A stretch of DNA of 64,000 nt from Betaproteobacteria bacterium (GCA_009693235.1 SHXR01000012.1:808-64807), one strand, 5' to 3'. Positions 1 through 10,462 are shown, numbered from the stretch's first letter. Notes: generated by a model from the sequence alone, not told the origin. Numbers and translations: made by a program.

Positions 1-502
1 GGATCACGCCCGCATACGCCGGGTTGCCGCGGATCTTGCGTCCTTGCAGATCGCCCGTGGCGGTGAGCGGCTGGCGCACGACGAGTTGATAGCCACCCTC
101 CGGTGAGAACGCCACCGACAGCACCTTCAAACCGATGCGGTTGTACATCTTGTCGACCACATCGAAAATCCCGGAGGAGCGGCGCTGCTCAGGTGTCCCG
201 CCCAGCGCATCGAGCGAACCAAGAATCGATGTGGTGCCGAAGTGATAGACGCCATGCGTGAAAAGGAACTGGAAGGCGCCCGACGCCACCGGCTGCAGTT
301 GTTCAAACGCCGGTACGGTTTCCGGTCCGCTGATGATGAACTTAATGCGTCCACTGGAGGCCGCTTCCACCGCTTTCATGTACGGTTCGGCGTATTGCGG
401 CACCTGCGGGCTGTTGCGGTCCCAGCCGTTCAACCAGCGATAGTCGGCTGCCACGACGTTCTGCGCGGCAATGAGCAGCGCCAGCATCAACACTTTCTTC
501 AT
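1..502 (-). CDS. dctP: TRAP transporter substrate-binding protein (DctP family), 3' end runs off the window
   Basis: Manual translation from ATG at 502 (GGAGAG RBS): MKKVLMLALLIAAQNVVAADYRWLNGWDRN...GPETVPAFEQLQPVASGAF...DLQGRKIRG. Clear paralog of 543..1508; not in the ORF track because it is truncated. Confidence 0.85.
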   Translation of the reverse strand, partial: MKKVLMLALLIAAQNVVAADYRWLNGWDRNSPQVPQYAEPYMKAVEAASSGRIKFIISGPETVPAFEQLQPVASGAFQFLFTHGVYHFGTTSILGSLDALGGTPEQRRSSGIFDVVDKMYNRIGLKVLSVAFSPEGGYQLVVRQPLTATGDLQGRKIRGNPAYAGVI

Positions 503-542
503 GTCTCTCTCCAATGGTTCTATAGCCACTGCCAAGTGCTGG

Positions 543-1508
543 TCATAGTCCTTTTGATTTTGCGAATGCGCGCATCTCTTCGATATCCTTCTTCGATTTT
601 TGCATCGACAGGTCCCAAAGGCCCTCGGCCCATGCGTCCTTCAGCTTGGCCTTTTGCGCGGCGCCCATCTCGACGATCTGCATGCCTTTGGCGACGAGGG
701 CCTTGTCTTCTTCGTCGGCGAGGCGGGCGTATTCCCGATACCAGATCGCCTCGTATTTCTTGCCGATGTCGGTGAGGATTTTTTTCTCAGTCTCGGAGAG
801 CTTGTTCCATGCCTGCAGATTCATGAAAATCGGATTCATGTTGAAACCGAATGATGGTCTCAGCACATATTTTGCAACCTCATACCAGCGATAGTTGAGC
901 GGCCCGATCACGGGCCATGCCGCACCATCGACCACGCCCTTATCGAGCGCTGTGTAGATCTCACCGGGCGGCATCTGCACCGGTGTTGCCCCGAGCATCC
1001 GGAAAACGGCCGTATAGCTTGGGGTGCCACGGATCTTGCGGCCCTGTAGATCGCCTGCCGGGCCCGGTGGCTGGCGCAGCAGAATGCCGTATCCGCCATC
1101 TGGGGTCATCGGCGAGGCGACCAGTTTGAGGCCAAGCTTCTGATAGTGCCGGTCGATCCACTCCAGAACGCCCGATGCGCGGCGTGCCTTTTCATCCCCG
1201 CCGACCCCTTCAAACGCGGTCAGCACCGGCGTGGTACCGAAGTGGTAGGCGCCATGGGTGTAGAGAAAGTGGAACGCGCCGGAGGCCACCGGCTGCAACT
1301 GCTCGAATGCCGGTACCGTTTCCGGCCCGCTGTGAATGATCTTGATGCTGCCCTTCGAGGCCGCCTCGACCTCCTTGATGAAGGGTTCGATGATGATCGG
1401 CATCGCCGGGTAATTTCTGTCCCAGCCGCTCAGCCAGCGATATTCAGCCGCAACGGCCGCTTGCGCCGCTAGCAGCAACGCCAGCATCAACATTCGCTTC
1501 ATGCTCAT
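543..1508 (-). CDS. dctP: TRAP transporter substrate-binding protein (DctP family)
   Basis: Signal peptide; DLQGRKIR, LGATPVQMPPGEIYTALDKGVVDG and WYEVAKY motifs typical of DctP. Start could be 1514, 1508 or 1502. Confidence 0.9.
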   Translation of the reverse strand: MSMKRMLMLALLLAAQAAVAAEYRWLSGWDRNYPAMPIIIEPFIKEVEAASKGSIKIIHSGPETVPAFEQLQPVASGAFHFLYTHGAYHFGTTPVLTAFEGVGGDEKARRASGVLEWIDRHYQKLGLKLVASPMTPDGGYGILLRQPPGPAGDLQGRKIRGTPSYTAVFRMLGATPVQMPPGEIYTALDKGVVDGAAWPVIGPLNYRWYEVAKYVLRPSFGFNMNPIFMNLQAWNKLSETEKKILTDIGKKYEAIWYREYARLADEEDKALVAKGMQIVEMGAAQKAKLKDAWAEGLWDLSMQKSKKDIEEMRAFAKSKGL

Positions 1509-1723
1509 CTCCATGGGGTGCGTTCTTGGTCGCGTTGTCGTTCAGAACCCCGGCACCAGCCGGGATGGGTTGTCTTGCCAAGCGGAGTCTACCTAGTTTG
1601 CGGAATTGAGAATACAGCGGCCCGCCTGGTCCATCCCGTGTGCAAACGGCTGCAAGTCGCCGTGGTTGCTTGTCTCATCGCATGGCCCGACAATGCAGGT
1701 CTTCTCACCTTTCAAATCGCCCA

Positions 1724-3805
1724 ATGGCACCCTCTCCCTGGCGCATCGGCATCGATACCGGCGGCACGTTCACCGACATCGTCGCCGTGCATGGTGGCAC
1801 CGGCCGCATGCTCGTCACCAAAGTCGCGAGCACCCCGGCTAATCCCACGCTGGGGCTCGTCAATGGGGTAACAGAGGTGATGCGCATCGCCGACGAGCCG
1901 CTGGCAGCGGTGGCCACGCTTTCGCACGGGACGACGGTCGCGACGAACGCATTGTTGCAAGGTGCGATCGACGGACTTGGGCTCATCGTCACCGCAGGTT
2001 TTCGACACATCCTGGAGATTGCGCGCCAAGCGGTACCTGATGGTTACGGCAATTCGTACTTCTGGGTCAAGCCCGACCGGCTGGTGCCGCTCGATCTCGT
2101 TCACGAAGTGGGTGGCCGTCTCAATTTTCGCGGCGAAGAATTGCGTCCGCTCGATGACAAGAGCGTTGCCGAAGCGGCCCACTTCTTCAAGCGCAAAGGC
2201 GTTCGTACCGTCGGCGTCTGCCTGATCCATTCGTACGCGAATCCAGCGCATGAGCGGCGTGTGCGTGACATTCTGCTCGCCGAATATCCAGAGCTGGTGA
2301 TCTCGTTATCGTGCGAAGTGTTACCCGAATATCGTGAATACGAGCGTGCGGTCACGACCTTGGTCGATGCGTTTGTGAAGCCGCATATGAGTGTTTATCT
2401 ACGTCGCATCCAAGATGAACTGGGCGCCGAGCTGGCCGGCAAGCCGTTTCTGGTCATGCAGTCATCGGGTGGTGTGATCAGCGCACAACAAGTTGTGCGT
2501 AAGCCGATTACCACCGCGCTGTCCGGGCCCGCGGCGGGTGCGCTCGGATGCTCGGTGGTTGCCAAGCTCGCCGGGTTCGATGATGTCGTGACGCTCGATG
2601 CAGGCGGCACCTCCACCGATATCTGTCTGATCGAAAAGGGCACTGCGCATCTCACCAATGGCTCGTCGATCGGACCGTTTCCAGTCCGTATCCCAATGAT
2701 CGATATCGAGACGATCGGTACCGGTGGCGGTTCGATTGCTTGGCTATCGCGCGAGGGGCATCTCAAGGTCGGTCCCAAAAGCGCGGGTGCGGTGCCAGGT
2801 CCAATGTGTTATCCGAATGGTGGCGACCAGCCGACTATTACTGACGCGAACCTCGTGCTTGGCCGGATACCGCCGGCGCTGATTGGCGGCGGGATTGCCC
2901 TCAATGCTGAACGTTCGCGCGCCGGCATCGCAGCGCTTGGTGAGCGTCTCGGCAAACGGATGTCGATCGAACAACTGGCGGAAGGCATTCTTGAAATCGC
3001 CAACTGGAATCAGGCCAATTGCATCCGGCAGATGACCATTCAAAAGGGTATCGACCCACGCCGGTTCGCGCTGCTTTCATTTGGCGGCGCGGGGCCCGCG
3101 CAATCACCGGCGGTGATGCGGTTGCTTGGCATGGCGTGCTGCATCGTGCCGTTCAATCCCGGTAACCTTTCCGCGTTCGGATTGCTCGCCGTCGATTGGC
3201 GTACCGATCACATCGCGACCCGCGTGACGCATGAAGACGCGATCAACGCGGTGACGGTGAACGAAGTGTTTACCCGGTTGGAACGCGAGGCAACGGCAAC
3301 CCTGGCGCGCGATGGCATTGATCCGGCGCGCTGCCGCACGGTGCGCGAAGCCGATCTGCGCTATGTCGGCCAATCGATGGAGGTGCGCGTGGCAGCGCCC
3401 GCCGGTGAGGTCGATGACCGTTTCATCCCGCGCCTCATCGAAGCCTTTCACGCCGCCCATCGCAAGGCCTTCGGCTATGACTACGCCGGTAAGCAAAAGC
3501 TTGAGTTGGTGAATTACTGCGTGTCGGGCTTTGGCATGATCGAGCGGCCCACGCTCCCGCAACTGGCGCCAATGCCGGGCGTGGTGCCGGCGCGCAAAGC
3601 GATGCGTAAAGTCTACTTTGAGGGTGCCTGGATAGAGACCCCAATCTATGATCGGGCGGTGTTGCCGGCCGCCCACCGCATCGAAGGCCCCTGTGTCGTC
3701 GAAGAATTCGGCTCGACGACGGTGGTGTGGCCCGGCCAATGGTTGGAGGTGGATGGTCACGGCATCATGCTGGTGCGCGAAAAAGTCACGGCGATCAGGC
3801 CTTGA
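1724..3805 (+). CDS. hyuA: Hydantoinase A / 5-oxoprolinase ATP-binding subunit
   Basis: RIGIDTGGTFTD, HGTTVATNALL, LSGPAAG, DAGGTSTD, GPKSAGAVPGP motifs. Start moved to the ATG at 1724. Confidence 0.93.
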   Translation: MAPSPWRIGIDTGGTFTDIVAVHGGTGRMLVTKVASTPANPTLGLVNGVTEVMRIADEPLAAVATLSHGTTVATNALLQGAIDGLGLIVTAGFRHILEIARQAVPDGYGNSYFWVKPDRLVPLDLVHEVGGRLNFRGEELRPLDDKSVAEAAHFFKRKGVRTVGVCLIHSYANPAHERRVRDILLAEYPELVISLSCEVLPEYREYERAVTTLVDAFVKPHMSVYLRRIQDELGAELAGKPFLVMQSSGGVISAQQVVRKPITTALSGPAAGALGCSVVAKLAGFDDVVTLDAGGTSTDICLIEKGTAHLTNGSSIGPFPVRIPMIDIETIGTGGGSIAWLSREGHLKVGPKSAGAVPGPMCYPNGGDQPTITDANLVLGRIPPALIGGGIALNAERSRAGIAALGERLGKRMSIEQLAEGILEIANWNQANCIRQMTIQKGIDPRRFALLSFGGAGPAQSPAVMRLLGMACCIVPFNPGNLSAFGLLAVDWRTDHIATRVTHEDAINAVTVNEVFTRLEREATATLARDGIDPARCRTVREADLRYVGQSMEVRVAAPAGEVDDRFIPRLIEAFHAAHRKAFGYDYAGKQKLELVNYCVSGFGMIERPTLPQLAPMPGVVPARKAMRKVYFEGAWIETPIYDRAVLPAAHRIEGPCVVEEFGSTTVVWPGQWLEVDGHGIMLVREKVTAIRP

Positions 3806-3816
3806 AGGAAACACCA

Positions 3817-5700
3817 ATGGACAACGCGTTGAATCCCCATCCCTGGCCCCGCCCGCCGGCGCGAACGCGGCCGATCGAAGTCGATCCGATCGTCCTGCAA
3901 ATCGTGGAGGGCACGATCAATTCCATCGAGCGCGAGATCGAATACGCCATTGAGCGCACCGCGCGTTCACCGATGATTCGTGAAGCGCACGATTACCGAG
4001 TAGGGCTGTTCGATCGCTATTGCCGCAAGCTCACCGGGCGCTCGTATTCGGCGATGCCAAATGCCGTGGTCCGCGATTACCCGCCGGAAACGATGAAACC
4101 GGGTGATGTGTTCCTCATGAACGACACGTATCTCACGGAAGGCTCGATCGGGCATTTGCCCGATGTCTGTTCGACCGTGCCGGTATTCAACGATGGTGTG
4201 GTCGTCGCGTACATTCAGGCATTCGGCCATCACGACGATATCGGTGGGCGCGTACCTGGGTCGATGCCGGGCACCGCGGTGTCGGTGTTTGAAGAAGGGC
4301 TGTCGATTCCGCCGATCAAGATCTATAGCGAAGGCGTGCGTAACGATGAGGCGCTAAAGATCGTGCGCCGTAATACACGCGTGCCGGAAATGCTCGAAGC
4401 CGATCTCGATAGCGAGATGCAATCGATCATGATGGGCGCGGCGCGTATGGGCGAATTGTTCACACGCTTTGGAACGGCTGTGGTCGAGGCGTGTTTTCAA
4501 GCGATTCTCGACAAATGCGCGAACATCTATCGCGATGAGCTGCTGCCCAAGATCCCCGACGGCGAATTCTCCTGGGAAGACTACGTCGAGCATGATGGCG
4601 TGAGCGCCCCGCGCCTGCACAAGCTGGCACTCAAGATGACCAAGCGGGCCGGCAAGATCATCCTCGATTTCAACGGGACCGATCCGCAGTCGCCCGGGCC
4701 GATCAACTGGCCGGCCGACTATGCCGATGGCGCTTTTCTTTGTAAGTGGATTGCACCCATCCTGCGTAATCTCGCCGATTCGCCCGAGCGTGCCGCCGAA
4801 ATCAGCGTAAACGAAGGCGTATGCGATGTGTTCGAAGTGATCTTTCCACCGAAAGGCACGTTGATTACGCCAGTTTGGCCGGCTGCCACCAACGCGCGTT
4901 CGTTCGTCTTGCTGCGTTCATTGGGGCTGCTGGCAGGTGCGGTGGCGATCGCCAATGGCGGCAAGATGCCGGCCGATCAGGAGACGATTCGTTATTCGGG
5001 TTTCTATGGCAAGGATTTGAACGGCGACCCGTTCCTCTCACGCGAAGTGTTAGGTGGTGGATCCGGTGGGCGCTCGTATGCCGATGGCAATGATGCGATT
5101 CATATCGTGCCCGATTCGCGCAATCAGCCCGCCGAGTTCACCGAGAATCGTTTCCCGATTATCGTTGAGAAGCTTGCGCTGCGAACCGATTCCGGCGGCG
5201 CGGGCCTGCGCCGCGGTGGTCTTGGCTATGAAAAGCACTACCGGGTGCTGGTGGATTGCCACACCATCGTCACCGCAGATCGTGTGCGCCTCGGTTGTTA
5301 TGGTGTGAATGGCGGCAAGGCGGGCCAACCGTTTTGTGTCACGGTCGATTTGCATGGCAAGCCAAAGGATCTCGGTGGCTTGGTCGACGGCGAACCGCTG
5401 CGGGCAGGTCAAACGATGCGGGTGGTCACGACCGGTGGCGGTGGTTGGGGTGATCCGCTTGAGCGCGAGCCTGAGCTAGTGCACATCGATGTTGAGCAGG
5501 GCAAGGTGTCGCGCAAGGCGGCGCGTGACGACTACGGTGTCGTGTTGCGTGCGACGAAAGTGGGCGCAGAGTTGCGTGTCGACGGCAAGGCCACGACAAC
5601 ACAGCGCGCGACGCTGCGCGCCAAACGGACCGGGCCGTTGCCGATGATCGATCGCGGCCCAGGTTATGAAAAGCTTAAAAAAGCGGTCGCTAAATCGTAA
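3817..5700 (+). CDS. hyuB: Hydantoinase B / oxoprolinase subunit
   Basis: RTARSPMIRE, HLPD, HHDDIGG, EEGL, DSGGAGxRRGG, TGGGGWGDPLER motifs. AAGGAA RBS precedes ATG 3817. Confidence 0.93.
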   Translation: MDNALNPHPWPRPPARTRPIEVDPIVLQIVEGTINSIEREIEYAIERTARSPMIREAHDYRVGLFDRYCRKLTGRSYSAMPNAVVRDYPPETMKPGDVFLMNDTYLTEGSIGHLPDVCSTVPVFNDGVVVAYIQAFGHHDDIGGRVPGSMPGTAVSVFEEGLSIPPIKIYSEGVRNDEALKIVRRNTRVPEMLEADLDSEMQSIMMGAARMGELFTRFGTAVVEACFQAILDKCANIYRDELLPKIPDGEFSWEDYVEHDGVSAPRLHKLALKMTKRAGKIILDFNGTDPQSPGPINWPADYADGAFLCKWIAPILRNLADSPERAAEISVNEGVCDVFEVIFPPKGTLITPVWPAATNARSFVLLRSLGLLAGAVAIANGGKMPADQETIRYSGFYGKDLNGDPFLSREVLGGGSGGRSYADGNDAIHIVPDSRNQPAEFTENRFPIIVEKLALRTDSGGAGLRRGGLGYEKHYRVLVDCHTIVTADRVRLGCYGVNGGKAGQPFCVTVDLHGKPKDLGGLVDGEPLRAGQTMRVVTTGGGGWGDPLEREPELVHIDVEQGKVSRKAARDDYGVVLRATKVGAELRVDGKATTTQRATLRAKRTGPLPMIDRGPGYEKLKKAVAKS

Positions 5701-5709
5701 GGGAACTAC

Positions 5710-6681
5710 ATGATGAAAATACGAATCGGCTGTTCGGCCATCGCGGCAATCATACTCTCGCTTACGACCGCTGCCGCGCTGGCGCAGGCGTTTCCCAACA
5801 AACCGGTGCGGATCATCGTGGCCTTCGCGCCGGGCGGTCCAATAGATGTGGTTGCGCGGCTGGTCGCCATCAAAATGCAAGAGTCACTTGGCCAAACGGT
5901 GATTGTGGAAAATCGCCCAAGTACCACCGGCAATATCGGTTCGGCCTTTGTTGCGAAGGCGCCCCCCGATGGCTATACGCTGCTCGCCAATTCAAGCGCA
6001 TTCGCGGTCAACGTAACGCTCACGCCCAACGCCGGCTACGACGCAGAAAAGGAACTCGTTCCGTTGGTGCAGATCGCGACGCAGCCTAACCTAATCGTGG
6101 TGCATCCAGGCATCAGCGCCAAGACCGTCGCCGAATTGATTGCGCTGGCAAAGACATCGAAACTTTCGTATGCATCCCCAGGTAATGGAACAACGCCGCA
6201 TCTCACGGCTGAGAACCTGTTTCGCACCTTGGCGAAGGTCAATGTGACGCATGTGCCCTACAAGGGCGCAGGTCCGGCAGCCGCGGCGGTGGTGGCGGGC
6301 GAACCGGAAATCGGCTCACTCGCGGTGACCGCACCGATTCCATTTGTGCGGAGTGGCCGACTGAGGGCGCTGGCGATATCGAGCACCAAGCGTCATCCCG
6401 CTTTGCCGGATGTGCCCACGCTGGTCGAATCCGGTTTTCCAACCATCCAGGACTACACCTGGGTGGGCCTCTTCGCGCCGACCGGCACCCCGGCTGATGC
6501 GATGCAGAAATTGAATGCCAGCGTCAACCGCGCGCTGCAACAACAAGACGTGCGCGAACGCCTGGAGTCGCTCCTGTTCGAGCCGATCGGCGGGACGTCA
6601 GAGCAGTTTGCCGACTATGTGAAGGTTGAAATCGTGAAGTGGGGCAAGGTGGTGCGGGACACCGGAGCAAAAGTGGATTGA
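5710..6681 (+). CDS. Tripartite tricarboxylate transporter substrate-binding protein (Bug/TctC)
   Basis: Signal peptide; FPNKPVRIIVAFAPGG, VENRP, PDGYTLL, HVPYKG, PDVPT motifs. Confidence 0.93.
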   Translation: MMKIRIGCSAIAAIILSLTTAAALAQAFPNKPVRIIVAFAPGGPIDVVARLVAIKMQESLGQTVIVENRPSTTGNIGSAFVAKAPPDGYTLLANSSAFAVNVTLTPNAGYDAEKELVPLVQIATQPNLIVVHPGISAKTVAELIALAKTSKLSYASPGNGTTPHLTAENLFRTLAKVNVTHVPYKGAGPAAAAVVAGEPEIGSLAVTAPIPFVRSGRLRALAISSTKRHPALPDVPTLVESGFPTIQDYTWVGLFAPTGTPADAMQKLNASVNRALQQQDVRERLESLLFEPIGGTSEQFADYVKVEIVKWGKVVRDTGAKVD

Positions 6682-7580
6682 GCTGCGTCGTCGGCAGCAT
6701 CAACATCGACTTGGTGGCCCGGGTCGATCGATTTCCGCGCGCGGGCGAAACAGTGCTGGGGTGCGACCTGCGCCGGTTTCCTGGTGGTAAGGGCGCCAAT
6801 CAAGCCGTCGCCGCAGCGCGACTCGGTGCGCCGACCACGATGATCAGTGCGGTCGGGGACGACGCCTTCGGTGCGGAGATGCGGGCCTTTCTTGCAACGA
6901 TGAATGTGGAACGCGGCGCCGTCGTAACGCGGACTGATACGCCAACCGGCACTGCGCTCATCACCGTTTGCGCCGGGGAGAATTCAATCGTCGTGGTGCC
7001 AGGCGCCAACGCGTGCGTAACGCCCGAGTCGGTCACGGCCATCGACCTTCGCGCGGGCGACGTTCTGCTCTGCCAGCTTGAGGTGCCGATTCCAACCGTC
7101 AATGCCGCGATCGCTCGTGCGAACGCCCGCGGTGCACGAGCCATTCTGAACGCTGCGCCTGCGCTCACCGCAGCGGATGCCGCTTGCCAAGCCTGTGACA
7201 TCCTGCTGGTCAATGAGGTGGAACTGGGCGTCTTCGCGGATGCGCTGATCGATGCCGACGCACCGATCCAGGCCATCTTCGCTTTGGCAACACGCTTACT
7301 GGTCAAGGACGATCAAGCGATTATCGTTACGCTTGGCCGGCGTGGCGCGGTCGCACTGTCGCGGCACGGGTGGATTCATGAACCCGGGCGAAATGTCGAT
7401 GTCATCGACACGACCGGTGCGGGCGATTGCTTCTGCGGCGCGTTGGCGGCGTCTCTTGCAAGAGGTGCGGGCATGCAGGCGGCCGTCAAATTTGCCAATG
7501 CCGCCGCGTCGATCTGTGCGCAGCGTGCGGGTGCAGGCCCTGCCATGCCGACGTTGTCGGAAGTCGAAGCGTTGCTTTAG
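6678..7580 (+). CDS. rbsK: Ribokinase (PfkB family)
   Basis: VVGSINIDL, PGGKGANQAVAAARLG, DTTGAGDCFCG motifs. TTG start overlaps the Bug stop (TTGA). Confidence 0.88.
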   Translation: MSCVVGSINIDLVARVDRFPRAGETVLGCDLRRFPGGKGANQAVAAARLGAPTTMISAVGDDAFGAEMRAFLATMNVERGAVVTRTDTPTGTALITVCAGENSIVVVPGANACVTPESVTAIDLRAGDVLLCQLEVPIPTVNAAIARANARGARAILNAAPALTAADAACQACDILLVNEVELGVFADALIDADAPIQAIFALATRLLVKDDQAIIVTLGRRGAVALSRHGWIHEPGRNVDVIDTTGAGDCFCGALAASLARGAGMQAAVKFANAAASICAQRAGAGPAMPTLSEVEALL

Positions 7581-7594
7581 GCGTCGTAAGGCTC

Positions 7595-8545
7595 CTACGG
7601 ATACGCTAGTAGCGTATCGATAACCAGATCGATCAGCGCCCGCGATTGCGCCGACAGCGCGACTCGCGCGTTCACACGCGTCGCCGCGGTAATTTTCTGC
7701 GTCGAACCGGGCCGCACGCCGCGCAGATCGCACACCGTCATGCCCCGGGTATGCGTTCCGGCCAGTTCGACCCGCACCGAGGTATTGATATCGGTGATCA
7801 GTTCGGGCACTACATAAGGAATCAAGGCGCAGACATCATGCATCGGTGCAACGGTGAGTCCGTAAATGCGTTCCTGTCGATCAAGATAAAACGCCATGAG
7901 ATTGGCGATGGTGCCGGCCACCTGTTTGCCGCTTTGCTTTAAGCGTTCGATATCGGCATGTGTGAAGCCGGTTTCGCGCGTCACGTTGTAGCCCATCATG
8001 CGGATCGGCGCGCCACACTCGAAGACGATGGCGGCCGCTTCCGGGTCGCAATACACGTTGAACTCCGCGGCGGGCGTAATGTTGCCCGTCGTCGTCGAGC
8101 CGCCCATGATGGTAATTTCGCGTAGCCATGAGGCAAGCCGCGGCTCGCGTTTGATAGCGGCGGCGAGGTTGGTCTCTGGTCCAACCAAGGCGATCACCAG
8201 CTCCCCGCGGTGTTGGTAGGCCATCTCGATGATGAAATCGACGGCGTGTTGCGCAATGGGTTTGCGCGTCGGGGCCGGCAGCGTCGCGCCATCGAGTCCC
8301 GTCTTGCCATGTATCTCGGTGGCTTCATGCGCTTTGGCAACGAGCGGCTCACCACGACCGGCGGCCAGCGGCGCATCGATATTGGCAAGCGCCATGACCG
8401 ACAATGCATTGCGCGTGGTGTTCTCAAGCGATGCATTACCATGGACCGTCGTGACGCCGATCAGATCGAAGTGATGCGCGGCGAAAAGGAGCGCGACGGC
8501 GTCATCATGGCCTGGGTCGCAATCGACCAACATTTTGGTTTTCAT
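7595..8545 (-). CDS. Nucleoside hydrolase (IU-NH family)
   Basis: DCDPGHDD Ca-binding motif, HGKTGL, GPETN, AEFNVYCDPEAA, MHD. Confidence 0.93.
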   Translation of the reverse strand: MKTKMLVDCDPGHDDAVALLFAAHHFDLIGVTTVHGNASLENTTRNALSVMALANIDAPLAAGRGEPLVAKAHEATEIHGKTGLDGATLPAPTRKPIAQHAVDFIIEMAYQHRGELVIALVGPETNLAAAIKREPRLASWLREITIMGGSTTTGNITPAAEFNVYCDPEAAAIVFECGAPIRMMGYNVTRETGFTHADIERLKQSGKQVAGTIANLMAFYLDRQERIYGLTVAPMHDVCALIPYVVPELITDINTSVRVELAGTHTRGMTVCDLRGVRPGSTQKITAATRVNARVALSAQSRALIDLVIDTLLAYP

Positions 8546-8601
8546 GACACCTCGAATCTGCGATAGCCTTGTCGGATCATGCTGTTCATTCTCGCCCTAT
8601 T

Positions 8602-9450
8602 ATGAATAATTCTCCTGGGCTGCGAATCGGTGAGTTGCAGGGCATCCCGGTCCTCCTCGTCGAGGCGCGGGAAGGTCGGGCCGCGGTCAGTCTGTTCGGC
8701 GGTCAAATCCTGTCGTACGCGCCTGCCGGATTCGACGATCTGCTCTGGGTCTCACGGACCACCACACGCCCGCCGAAAGCGATTCGCGGCGGCGTTCCAA
8801 TCTGCTGGCCATGGTTCGCGAAACAAGGTGTGCCGCCCGAGTCGCAGCAACACGGCATTGCGCGCACCGCGCCATGGACGCTGACGCGGTCTGCGATCGA
8901 CGTGAACGGCAACGTTGAGATTACGCTCGCGCCAAATGAAGATAGTTTCCCGGCCGCGCGGGTTGAGCAGACGGTTTCGGTCGGTCGTGCATTGCGGCAA
9001 GTGCTGACCACCACTGCATTACGCCCCTATTCCCTGACGCAGGCGTTTCACACGTACTTTCGTGTTGGCGATGCGGAACGGATCGGCATTGAAGGACTGG
9101 ATGGCCTTACCTATCTCGATAAACCATCTGATTTTTCGCGGCGGGTACAGACCGAAATGTTTCGACTGGACGGCGAGTGCGATCGCATCTATCTCGATAC
9201 GCAAGGCGACTTCGCCATTCACGATCCGGTGTTGTCCCGACGGATTCGCATCCGCGCAAAGGGGAGCCGCTCGTTGGTGGTGTGGAATCCGAACGCGGAA
9301 AGAATCAAAACGTTCGCCGACATTCCACCAGATGGTTGGCGTAGCTACCTTTGCCTGGAGGTCGCCAACGCCGGCACGGATACCGTCAATCTTGGGCCTG
9401 GCGCTTCACACCGCATCGAGCAGGCGCTGTCGGCTGAATCGATTCGTTAA
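8602..9450 (+). CDS. D-hexose-6-phosphate mutarotase (YeaD/aldose 1-epimerase family)
   Basis: AIRGGVPICWPWF, HGIAR, AFHTYF, VVWNP, LCLE motifs. Confidence 0.9.
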   Translation: MNNSPGLRIGELQGIPVLLVEAREGRAAVSLFGGQILSYAPAGFDDLLWVSRTTTRPPKAIRGGVPICWPWFAKQGVPPESQQHGIARTAPWTLTRSAIDVNGNVEITLAPNEDSFPAARVEQTVSVGRALRQVLTTTALRPYSLTQAFHTYFRVGDAERIGIEGLDGLTYLDKPSDFSRRVQTEMFRLDGECDRIYLDTQGDFAIHDPVLSRRIRIRAKGSRSLVVWNPNAERIKTFADIPPDGWRSYLCLEVANAGTDTVNLGPGASHRIEQALSAESIR

Positions 9451-10462
9451 GCCTTGCCCGATTGCCTTCCTTCGAACAGATCGCGCCCGGCTACCAATGC
9501 GCGAATCTTGCCGTCGGCCATATTGCGGCGAAGATTCCAAAATCCGCAGTCCGGATGAATGTAACGCACACGCCCGGCGCCCAGCATCGACTCGGCGCGC
9601 TCAATCGAATGGGCGATCTCGTCGGCGGTTTCAATCTCGGTCCGTTTGACATCGACCACGCCAAGACCAAACCCGATCTCTGGCCGTAATTCCTTGAACA
9701 CGGCGAGTTCCTCCGGTGGCCGATAGGCGCATTCCATGACGATGTGATCACAGTGCAGGCCGTTGAGATAGCGCATCAATTGATTCCAGGCCCCTTTTGC
9801 GGGCGCTGACCACCATAGTTGCCGAAACAAAGATGCACGGCCGCTTTGGTTTTGACCGCATCCAACACCTTATTCATTGCCTCCAGCGCCCAGGGCCATT
9901 CCTCAGGATGCCCGGGGAGATTGGCTTCATCGACTTGAATAATGTCCGCATCGATATGGCGAACCTGCTCGGCTAAGACATCACCGATCGCGTTGGTGAG
10001 TGTCGGCACGTCCTTGTAGTGCTTGTCGTCCAAGGTCTTCGCGAGCATATGCGGCCCGGTGAGCGTGAACTTGAATGCTTTGGCGGCAATCGACCGGGCG
10101 CGCCGGCAGGCATCGGGAAGATCGAGTGAACCGCTACTAACCGGTCCTTCGACCACGCCTGCGGGAAGCCGTCGCCATGCCACGTCAGCGCGCTTGCGAA
10201 AGCCGATCACCTCGTTGAACCGCAATTGTTTGCGGATGCCACCCATTGGTCGGATGAAGTAATCGATCATCCCATTCGATTCGGGATGATTGATATCGAA
10301 GCGGTAAAACTCGCCGTCGCATACCACGTCGATGCCCGTGCGCTCCTGCAAATCGATCACCAGGCGCGTGGCATCACGCAATGCCTGATCGCTTGGCGCA
10401 CTCACCAACCAATCGGGAATGGGGTAGGAGCCGACGACCGTTGTGAGGATGCGGGGTGCCAT
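9447..10462 (-). pseudogene. Cobalamin-independent methionine synthase II family (MetE C-terminal domain) protein, split by a 1-nt frameshift
   Basis: TTVVGSYP, DGE, IQVDEAN, HLCFGNY in one frame; MEC, GLGVVDVK, HPDCG in the next. Adding one G to the GGGG run (CCCC at 9791-9794 on +) restores QKGAWNQL. Probably a sequencing indel in an intact gene. Confidence 0.85.
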
